A stretch of DNA of 64,000 nt from Chitinophagales bacterium (lineage in GTDB: Bacteria; Bacteroidota; Bacteroidia; Chitinophagales; JADIYW01), in assembly GCA_965216955.1 (NCBI GenBank), contig CBDCGV010000018.1, forward strand, positions 470,098 through 534,097, given 5' to 3'. The translations under genes and the position numbers were made by a program. Of the stretch, positions 20,801 through 27,159 are shown piece after piece. The notes below the pieces were generated by a model. It saw only the letters and a program-made list of their open reading frames with translations. It was not told the origin of the DNA and did no database searches. The number at the start of each line of letters is the position of its first letter. Position 1 is the stretch's first letter.

Positions 20801-21369
20801 TAATTTCCTTCATCAGTAAAATCCTTAGTTGCCATTAATAAATACCGGTCACTAGGAGAAAAAGCCAACGCCGAAACCGTCTGCTTAGGGGTAATTTTAA
20901 ACATCTTTTCAACGCTCCATTTTTTAGAATTGTAAACATAAACTTCCCCCTTGGTATTTCCTCCAGCAATATAATTATGCTTGTTTCCACGTGCCAATGA
21001 TATGCAAGCATTAGGAAAATGAAAATTGTATGCTTTCCAATCTTCTAGTGCATACCCTAACAAAGAAGGCCCATCTATACCATAGCTTCCAGACAGTAGA
21101 TATTTAGAATCTTTAGTAAATACTAAATCATATGGGCTGTCTTTACTATATAATTGCTTTAATAGTCTTCCTGAATGCGCATCCCATACTTTAATGAGGT
21201 TGTCAATGCCTCCTGAAGCCAGATAGCGTCCATCTTCACTTAATGCAATGGCATTGATTTGATTAGTATGTCCATTTTGCAATACAATTTCTAGATCACT
21301 ACTGCTAAATCCTTTTGTGATTGAAAAGAAAAGATATGATATAAATGCGTATTTTAGTAAATGGCACAT
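17800..21369 (-). CDS. exported WD40-repeat protein with C-terminal caspase-like (peptidase C14) domain
   Basis: 1189 aa. N-terminal signal-like segment MCHLLKYAFISYLFFSITKGFSS. Clear WD40 blades include GHTNQINAIALSEDGRYLASGGIDNLIKVWD, IKQFDFSPDGRRLATVGEDSIL and VNGLRFSKDGKFMISFSWDGKMILWN. The caspase catalytic dyad context is VVYLSGHGV (His, codon 18685-18687) and LIIDACNSGKA (Cys, codon 18511-18513). Confidence 0.85.
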   Translation of the reverse strand: MCHLLKYAFISYLFFSITKGFSSSDLEIVLQNGHTNQINAIALSEDGRYLASGGIDNLIKVWDAHSGRLLKQLYSKDSPYDLVFTKDSKYLLSGSYGIDGPSLLGYALEDWKAYNFHFPNACISLARGNKHNYIAGGNTKGEVYVYNSKKWSVEKMFKITPKQTVSALAFSPSDRYLLMATKDFTDEGNYQLWDIQDSILIDEIKSELDIVNAVFINEEIVVLENFKWGSNELIVRDFKQRKNLFKMNGSGVDKATSNNDLLYFFESDTFMVVYDFEGRKTIKKIKVSPYLSNLISVNSNGEKIYMASRDIACYNSELKEDFRIKGSRWIDDLEFQPQNDATICFNGGEEGLIYWNLKQGKVEHLNAHNSRIKQFDFSPDGRRLATVGEDSILMTCDVQSPFEKESIKFPDNEFNDLNYSNSDSTNLFAVSHDDSVFIYTKTSNQLIERFSLGQSVENIKFSNEKNYIAWTVYKAFFVTAPDSGKTLMIHNPKGDGGSSLQDISFYSDDQFVATGGYNDTLFVYDLKNDRWHWKLAPLGSYVQSVQFVPNSQKLVVGYDDGSVALLDVSKKEVLKSYLKHGNLVNGLRFSKDGKFMISFSWDGKMILWNARDFVPVAEIYAYDNGDWAVIDSAGRYDASNGGNIDQLHFSFKGKEVIDLYQLKERYYEPGLLQKLLGYNTEAIRDVEALGALQLYPIVNLEIEVDELKILLKERGGGIGRVPLFINDKEVVSDVSSFIQEGSIAIDLNHYKDYFLSGKNKIAVIAYNEAENLHSGRVGLNYIYDYDNDKKQNTKPNGFGLKSSLPSLYAIVIGSADYRGDQLDLKYADKDALQFSNALQQSGENLFGLDRVYIKTLVSNGGGKALSSKENIIRTFEEVMNKAKSNDVIVVYLSGHGVSYGGEHSSFYYLTKDVESGDLSDPTIRKNYAISTDELTQWINDIKAQKQVLIIDACNSGKAIDDILHGEKAVSSSQIRALERLKDRTGMFVLTGSAENKVSYEASSFGQSLLTYSLLAGIKGAALRELHFVDVMQLFQYSVDRVPSLATHIGGVQEPILAVPKGGNSFYIGKVDDKVTIELADIKPVFIRSVFQEEFAYEDILSIGAMLDQKLNETSAKGEKASLIFVDVNNYPQAYSIKGRYTINDEGAIKLKARLFQNKESVGEIELSGSENKMDNLISEIYNEMNALMK
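18280..18951 (-). other. caspase/C14 catalytic domain of the WD40-caspase protein (approximate bounds)
   Basis: LYAIVIGSADY...YLSGHG...IIDACNSG...FVLTGSAENKVSYE. By my count the dyad residues are His895 and Cys953. Confidence 0.75.
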
Positions 21370-21439
21370 TATTTGAACTTGTAGCTAATATTAAATTTTA
21401 TTTCAATATTTGTGCCATGCTAATTTAAACTTAAAAGTT

Positions 21440-24400
21440 ATGAAAACGAATTTAATCACTGCAACTTTAGCATTCCTGTTTTTGATACAAATATCTTCTG
21501 CACAAAGGACAGGACTTTTATTCAATGATGAAGCATATAAAAAAGTACCATTAGTCGATAAAGCCACTTTAGGCTGGACAGCTACCGACTTGCCCAGCAG
21601 TACCTCGTTAAAATCCTATGCCCCTATTCCGGGAAATCAGGGTGACTATGGTACTTGTGTAGGCTGGTCAACGGCATATGCAGCACTAACCATTGTACAT
21701 GCAAAAAAATACAAGTTAACTGATAAAGAACAAATAACTGCCTCTGCATTCTGCCCCTATTATCTATACGATCAATTTAAAGGAGAATACGATTTATTTT
21801 GTCAAACAGGTGGTTTTTTTGAAGATGCGCTAGATGTGCTTTATAAAAAAGGAGCCAAAAAATATTACTTACCTGAATTTTCATGTTATTCAAGTGCTAC
21901 TTCACATCCTGATGAAATTGCAAAAAACTTCCGCATCGACAACTATTTCAGACTTTTTGACTTTGAACAAACTCAAAATACAGAAACAGGATATTTAGTA
22001 GAAAAAATCACAAATGTTAAGTCCGCTCTTGCAGACGGTAATCCGGTTTTATTTGGGATGTTTGTTCCTAACTCTTTTATTAACTTATTAGGTGATGACA
22101 ATTGGACTCCGACATATAGTGAAAAACTAAACTACAACCAACAAGCAGGTCATGCTATGGTTATTGTTGGGTATGATAATTACAAGTATGGTGGTGCATT
22201 TCAAATTATGAATAGCTGGGGTACTGAATGGGGGAAAGATGGTTTTGCATGGATAAAATATGATGACTTTAAGAAATTTGTACATACAGCATTTTATTTT
22301 GAAATTGACAATAGTTACACCCCTTCTTCTGGATGTTTATTAGGAGATTGCTCCAACTCCTATAGCCGCTACAAATGGCCCAACGGAGAAACTTATGAAG
22401 GAGAAATGGTAGATGGATATTTGACAGGTTCTGGCATTTACTACTGGAACAATGGAGAAGTTCATGTTGGAGAATGGAAAAATGGGAAAAGACATGGTGA
22501 AGGAATCAGTACTTCAGCATATGGATACATTACTAGAGGTTTTTGGAAGGATGATGTTTATGTAGGCAAAGAAGAACCCGATTATACAGATTACACCACT
22601 ATTGTTGAGACTAAAGAGGAGGAAGAAAAAAAGGAAACGGAAGAAGAAAAAGAAGTTGAAACCGATTGGAACAGCATTTTTAACGACATTATTGATGGTG
22701 AAACAGAAATAAAAGATGATATAGCTAACGGATGTATAAGTGGAGACTGTGATAATGGATATGGAAAATTTATTTACTCAGATGGAGATATTTATGAAGG
22801 CTATTTTAAAAGCAGTTATAGAAACGGTTTTGGCAAATATCAATATATAGAAGGTGATGTATATACTGGAGAATGGTCGTGGAATACAAGGTCGGGGTTA
22901 GGGCATTATGTTTGGCCTAGCGGAAACATTTATATTGGGTATTGGAAAAACAACTCCCAACATGGCAAAGGCACCAAGTTTCATAAAGATGGTACCACAA
23001 ATGCAGGGGAATGGGAAAATGGCACCTTCAAGGATCCCAATAATACATTTGGGTTTGCCGGCAATAAAAAAGATATAGAAAAGACTCAAAACAGTTATAG
23101 TAGAGGTATTCATATGCCAGAAGCTGAAGAGTATAAGAGCAACGTGAAAGCCAGTCCTATCCTAAAACAAAATGGATTTGGAATCCCCAAGGGTGGATTA
23201 GAACAAAAAATGAATAGTGATTACAACACCGTTAAACGAGTAGTTACACATATTTTAAAGGCATCTGGAAGATCGGATTTAAGAAATCCTCCTATTAAAA
23301 TTATAGATGATCCTAACGAAGTTGCATTTATCCATCCCAAAACAGGAATTAATGTAAGCCATAAGTTTTTGGAAGTTTGTAAAAGTTTTGGGAAAGATGC
23401 AGAAACAGCATTGGCCTTTGTTTTAGCACATGAATTAGGTCATTATATTAATGACCATTTTTTTTCTTTTGAATACGGTTCTGCCTATGCAAGCACTGAA
23501 TGGGGGCAACAAATGAAAAAAGCCTATATGCCTATTAAGGATATGGGATACTATGAATCTCAAGCGGATGAATTTGGCCTATTTGTAAGCTATACAGCTG
23601 GTTACAATACATTAGAAATTGGCCCTCAGGTAATCGACCGTATATATGAAGCATTTAGTCTTCCCGAAGAACTCCCAGGTTATCCCCCTAAATCTTTCCG
23701 AAAGGATCAGATAGAAATTGCTAAAAAAAAAGTCCAAGACTTAATTCCGGTATTTGAAGCGGGAAATATTCTTAGTCTTTTAAGTGGTGCTGCTATTGGT
23801 AATGAAAAAATGGAAGTAACAAAAGCAGCCATTAGTTGTTATGACCACATTATACAAAGTAAAATCACTACCGCAGAGATGTACAATAATATTGGTATCA
23901 ATTATCTGCACATGGCCTTAACTGAAAAAGCAGATGAAATTAAGTTGGCATTCCCTATAGAAATAGACTTCAAAAGCAGATTATATATTAAATCCGTAAC
24001 AGGAAGCGGTAAAGGCCCAGGAGATCCTGATTTAGGCTGGGGAGATGATGAAGATACCGAAGAACCAGACCCTGATGCCCTTTTTAAAGAATATCTTTAC
24101 CAAGCAGAAGCTTTTTTAGACAAAGCACTTTCTATAGATAAAAATTATTTACCCGCAAATAACAATAAGGTTATCGTGGCTATTTTAAGTCAAGATCTTG
24201 ACGAAGCGGAGTATCTTGCAAAAAAAGCGGCTAAAAAAGCCAAGCAATTTCAAAGCAAAATTGACGAAAGAAATGCCCACGATTTATTATACATCATTTA
24301 CATGCTTAACGATGATACAGAAACTGCCTTAAAATATTACAATCTAGCTACAGCTATGAATAGCCCTTATACTGTATTTAATGAGAAGAAAATTAAAAAT

Positions 24401-24907
24401 CCAAAGTACAACCCACAATCTGAAATAGATAACAGTAATGCACAGGGTCTCGCAGATGTAAAATTTGCTGTTGATCCAAGAGATTATCAACGTCCTTTTG
24501 ATAATGACCAAGAAAAAATAAATGGAATGACGTTATGGGATATTACTAATCAATATATTTATGATGGTAAAGACATACAAACATGGAACGTTGGCAACGA
24601 CAACAAAGCACAAATTGGAAAAGACATTATAGATGATGGAGAGCTGGTTATTTTCCTACGACTTGATAGAGGTCAGTTCAACGGAGCCTATTCATTTTAT
24701 CAAGTGGACAACACTTTTACAGGTAATACGATGAAAGACATAAAAGTTGGGAATAACAGTGAACAGGTCGTTACTGCTTACAATAATCCACATCACGTTG
24801 TATCCTCAACACAACATGACTACTGGGTATATATAAAAAACAACATCATATTCAAAATTGATCAAAAAGACCAAGTTGATGGATGGATATATTATGACAT
24901 CAATTAA
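21440..24907 (+). CDS. exported mosaic protease: papain-like C1 peptidase + MORN array + MORN array + HExxH zincin (M48/BepA-like) + TPR-like helices + C-terminal beta-rich domain
   Basis: 1155 aa from the ATG at 21440; the track's TTG at 21410 is rejected. Signal peptide MKTNLITATLAFLFLIQISSAQ. C1 triad context NQGDYGTCVGWS (Cys codon 21656-21658), GHAMVIVGYD and MNSWGTEWGKDGF. MORN repeats (YEGEMVDGYLTGSG, HVGEWKNGKRHGEG, YTGEWSWNTRSGLG, YIGYWKNNSQHGKG). AHELGH at 23429-23443 with a downstream YYESQADEFG. Confidence 0.8.
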   Translation: MKTNLITATLAFLFLIQISSAQRTGLLFNDEAYKKVPLVDKATLGWTATDLPSSTSLKSYAPIPGNQGDYGTCVGWSTAYAALTIVHAKKYKLTDKEQITASAFCPYYLYDQFKGEYDLFCQTGGFFEDALDVLYKKGAKKYYLPEFSCYSSATSHPDEIAKNFRIDNYFRLFDFEQTQNTETGYLVEKITNVKSALADGNPVLFGMFVPNSFINLLGDDNWTPTYSEKLNYNQQAGHAMVIVGYDNYKYGGAFQIMNSWGTEWGKDGFAWIKYDDFKKFVHTAFYFEIDNSYTPSSGCLLGDCSNSYSRYKWPNGETYEGEMVDGYLTGSGIYYWNNGEVHVGEWKNGKRHGEGISTSAYGYITRGFWKDDVYVGKEEPDYTDYTTIVETKEEEEKKETEEEKEVETDWNSIFNDIIDGETEIKDDIANGCISGDCDNGYGKFIYSDGDIYEGYFKSSYRNGFGKYQYIEGDVYTGEWSWNTRSGLGHYVWPSGNIYIGYWKNNSQHGKGTKFHKDGTTNAGEWENGTFKDPNNTFGFAGNKKDIEKTQNSYSRGIHMPEAEEYKSNVKASPILKQNGFGIPKGGLEQKMNSDYNTVKRVVTHILKASGRSDLRNPPIKIIDDPNEVAFIHPKTGINVSHKFLEVCKSFGKDAETALAFVLAHELGHYINDHFFSFEYGSAYASTEWGQQMKKAYMPIKDMGYYESQADEFGLFVSYTAGYNTLEIGPQVIDRIYEAFSLPEELPGYPPKSFRKDQIEIAKKKVQDLIPVFEAGNILSLLSGAAIGNEKMEVTKAAISCYDHIIQSKITTAEMYNNIGINYLHMALTEKADEIKLAFPIEIDFKSRLYIKSVTGSGKGPGDPDLGWGDDEDTEEPDPDALFKEYLYQAEAFLDKALSIDKNYLPANNNKVIVAILSQDLDEAEYLAKKAAKKAKQFQSKIDERNAHDLLYIIYMLNDDTETALKYYNLATAMNSPYTVFNEKKIKNPKYNPQSEIDNSNAQGLADVKFAVDPRDYQRPFDNDQEKINGMTLWDITNQYIYDGKDIQTWNVGNDNKAQIGKDIIDDGELVIFLRLDRGQFNGAYSFYQVDNTFTGNTMKDIKVGNNSEQVVTAYNNPHHVVSSTQHDYWVYIKNNIIFKIDQKDQVDGWIYYDIN
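21587..22294 (+). other. papain-like (C1) peptidase domain
   Basis: Gln/Cys (NQGDYGTCVGWS), His (QQAGHAMVIVGY) and Asn-Ser-Trp (IMNSWGTEWG) occur in canonical order and spacing. Confidence 0.8.
22331..22570 (+). repeat. MORN repeat array 1 (protein-level repeats), opened by a GC-x2-GDC-x-N-x-Y motif
   Basis: GCLLGDCSNSYSRYKWPNGETYEGEMVDGYLTGSGIYYWNNGEVHVGEWKNGKRHGEG...FWKDDVYVGK. Confidence 0.75.
22730..23029 (+). repeat. MORN repeat array 2, opened by the same Cys motif
   Basis: GCISGDCDNGYGKFIYSDGDIYEGYFKSSYRNGFGKYQYIEGDVYTGEWSWNTRSGLGHYVWPSGNIYIGYWKNNSQHGKGTKFHKDGTTNAGEWENGTF. Confidence 0.75.
23237..23629 (+). other. zincin metallopeptidase-like domain (HExxH ... ExxADxxG)
   Basis: LAFVLAHELGHYINDH is followed 38 residues after the second His by YYESQADEFGLF, the pattern seen in M48-type peptidases. 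Confidence 0.6.
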
Positions 24908-24917
24908 ACCATTTACC

Positions 24918-26432
24918 ATGAAAACAACAATTTTCGCTTTCTTCATACTTCTTGGAACCTTCAAAATAAGTAGTGCTCAAGATTTTGTTATAGAGTATGA
25001 TTTTTTAAATAAAACCACAAAATATTTTAAAATAAGCAAGAAGGGAGATACTACCGAAACTACAAAACCAATAGCAAAACAAAATCAGGATATTCAACTA
25101 AAGGTCATCAATTACAATGAGTTTGCTTTGGTAACGGAGGCAGACATAACGAATGAAGAGATAATTGAGTCTTCCAACCCTTTTAGTATGTTTGGAGCAC
25201 TCTCCCCTATTTTTAATACCGTGTCAAAAAGTGTATTATCAGGAATGTTCGATGGAACCGGTGCTGATGTAGATGACATTGACTTTGGATTTGGTTATAG
25301 TTCAAAAGGCAACAATGATGAACGTCTCAAAGCTGCGTTAAAACAATATGCACTTCTTAGTTCAAAAATGAATGAATTAGATGCATTAGAAGATGCGATA
25401 CAATCTATTAATTATGCCATAGGTCGTGTCAAAAAGATCGTTTACAATCCAAATGCTAATCCAAATGATATCAAAGGTCAAACGAAAAGTATTGTTCGTG
25501 ATGTTTTAAATAATGGAGACAAGCTTACCTACATTAATTTTCAAAGAAAATACAACACATTAACTTCCAGAATGAGCGAACTTAGTCGAGCTGCTAAACA
25601 AAATGGCAATAGAGTACTTGCCTATGAAGAGCATGAAGATGCAAATTTAGGTTTTAGTTCTAAAGAAAGTGCGCTCACCTATGAAGAGGTAAGTGCAGAA
25701 ACAGAAGAGATGCTAAAACTTATCGAAGAATTTGAAAACGCTTATACTTCTGAAGAATTACAAGAAAAATTAGATGAACTCCAAGAATTATATGATGCAG
25801 TAAATACTTCAAATTTCACTTATACAACAAGTGCGACTGCCGAAGGAGATCGAACAAACATTAATGTCTCCTTCTATGAACACCTTCCTGATGGAGTTGA
25901 CAAGGGGAAACTTAGCAACTCTCTTAAAAGTAATAATAAAGGAGATGAAGACGAGAATTTTTTGAGAAGCGAATCTTTTAAAGTCCGAGTTAAAGGTGGT
26001 CTTAAAATCGTCCCTAGTGTTGGTTTAACTTTCCCCACCTACTTTAACCAAAACAAAGAGTTTTATACTATTGGCGACACGCTAATTGCTCAAACAGGAG
26101 GAGATAATTTTGTTCCAAATATTACTGCTATGATTAATTTCTATCCTTACACAGGTAGAGCAATAAATTTTGGAGGTAGTTTCGGGATTGGCATTCCAGT
26201 AAAAGCAGAAAAATTCGCCCCACAGTATATGATGGGTGGAGCATTGGTATTAGGTCAAAAATATCGAATTATTTTAAGTGCTGGTATGTCTGTCGGTCCG
26301 GTTACAACTTTAAGACCCGGATATGAAGTAGGAGAAAATATCAGTGCCTTTGATGATTTGGAGACTGACTCCAAGTATAAAGTTGGATTTTATTCAGGCA
26401 TCTCCTTTACATTGGGTGTAGGTAGTGAATAA
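24918..26432 (+). CDS. hypothetical exported protein with coiled-coil middle and beta-barrel-like C-terminal third
   Basis: 504 aa from the ATG at 24918 (10 nt after the upstream stop); the track start at 24858 would overlap the upstream gene. Signal peptide MKTTIFAFFILLGTFKISSAQ. The centre is helical and Glu/Lys/Leu-rich. The C-terminus has alternating-hydrophobic strands ending KVGFYSGISFTLGVGSE. Confidence 0.6.
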   Translation: MKTTIFAFFILLGTFKISSAQDFVIEYDFLNKTTKYFKISKKGDTTETTKPIAKQNQDIQLKVINYNEFALVTEADITNEEIIESSNPFSMFGALSPIFNTVSKSVLSGMFDGTGADVDDIDFGFGYSSKGNNDERLKAALKQYALLSSKMNELDALEDAIQSINYAIGRVKKIVYNPNANPNDIKGQTKSIVRDVLNNGDKLTYINFQRKYNTLTSRMSELSRAAKQNGNRVLAYEEHEDANLGFSSKESALTYEEVSAETEEMLKLIEEFENAYTSEELQEKLDELQELYDAVNTSNFTYTTSATAEGDRTNINVSFYEHLPDGVDKGKLSNSLKSNNKGDEDENFLRSESFKVRVKGGLKIVPSVGLTFPTYFNQNKEFYTIGDTLIAQTGGDNFVPNITAMINFYPYTGRAINFGGSFGIGIPVKAEKFAPQYMMGGALVLGQKYRIILSAGMSVGPVTTLRPGYEVGENISAFDDLETDSKYKVGFYSGISFTLGVGSE

Positions 26433-26446
26433 ATAAATCCAATCAA

Positions 26447-27115
26447 ATGGTTTCAAACCTTAAATTCATTTTATTTCTTTTACTAATTATTTCATTTCAA
26501 GCATTTTCTCAGGAAAAAAGAGAAAAAGATGGTGCTTTCAAAAATTATAATGATACGACAGAAATAGCTATTCCAAATTTTAAGATTCACAAGGGATTCT
26601 ATAAAACTTTTGATGATTTAAAAAATGGAAAAGTAATGTCTGGTATTGATTTCAGTGTCAAAAGACAATTAGGTACAACTGAAGTACTTTTAAAATTTGA
26701 AAAAAAGAGTGACGCAAATATAATCAGGAAAGATACTTTCTACGCTGTATCTGATGGACACAGTCTTTATGTTAACCCTATCATTGCCGACAAATTGAAC
26801 CACGCATTTACAGTCAATAAATTTTACACTGTTAATTACATTGGCAGATATATTTATTATGAAATAAAGGGTGTTGTTATTGGACTATTGAGTGCTATTG
26901 CAAGTAACAATGGTGCATACGTAGTAAATATTAATGGTAAAAAAGGCATTAGCTACGCACTAAATAGAGAAACGATACTTAAAATCATTGGCTCAGATAA
27001 ACAACTAAAAAATGAAGTGCTTGGAAAAAAAAGAATCGCATTAAAAGAGTGTAAGGAAATTTTAAAAAGATATTGCGAAAAAAACGTAAAAGAAATTAGA
27101 GAAATAGCTAAATAA
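26447..27115 (+). CDS. hypothetical exported protein
   Basis: 222 aa, 14 nt after the upstream stop. Signal peptide MVSNLKFILFLLLIISFQAFSQ. No recognisable motif. Confidence 0.55.
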   Translation: MVSNLKFILFLLLIISFQAFSQEKREKDGAFKNYNDTTEIAIPNFKIHKGFYKTFDDLKNGKVMSGIDFSVKRQLGTTEVLLKFEKKSDANIIRKDTFYAVSDGHSLYVNPIIADKLNHAFTVNKFYTVNYIGRYIYYEIKGVVIGLLSAIASNNGAYVVNINGKKGISYALNRETILKIIGSDKQLKNEVLGKKRIALKECKEILKRYCEKNVKEIREIAK

Positions 27116-27159
27116 TTTTTGAATTGACAACCTCCTCATCTTATTGTTATTTTTATACT

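Noticed and set aside
21370-21439. Looked for TAnnTTTG -7 boxes or a shared operator in the 70-nt divergent region of the protease locus.
   Set aside because: Only near-misses (AATATTTG; TAAGTTTA on the other strand) and no inverted repeat longer than a few bp. Nothing is supportable without TSS data.
22612-22662. Purine-rich GAA/AAG tracts (here, at 10950-10990 and at 27750-27800), considered as nucleotide-level tandem repeats.
   Set aside because: They are in frame and encode poly-Glu/Asp/Lys linkers between domains of exported proteins. There is no exact repeat unit.
24700-24907. C-terminus of the mosaic protease considered as a type IX secretion C-terminal sorting domain. The C-terminal domain of the WD40-caspase was considered likewise.
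   Set aside because: I cannot recognise the conserved T9SS CTD motifs by eye. The claim would need a TIGR04183/TIGR04131-type HMM search, so it is left open and not asserted.
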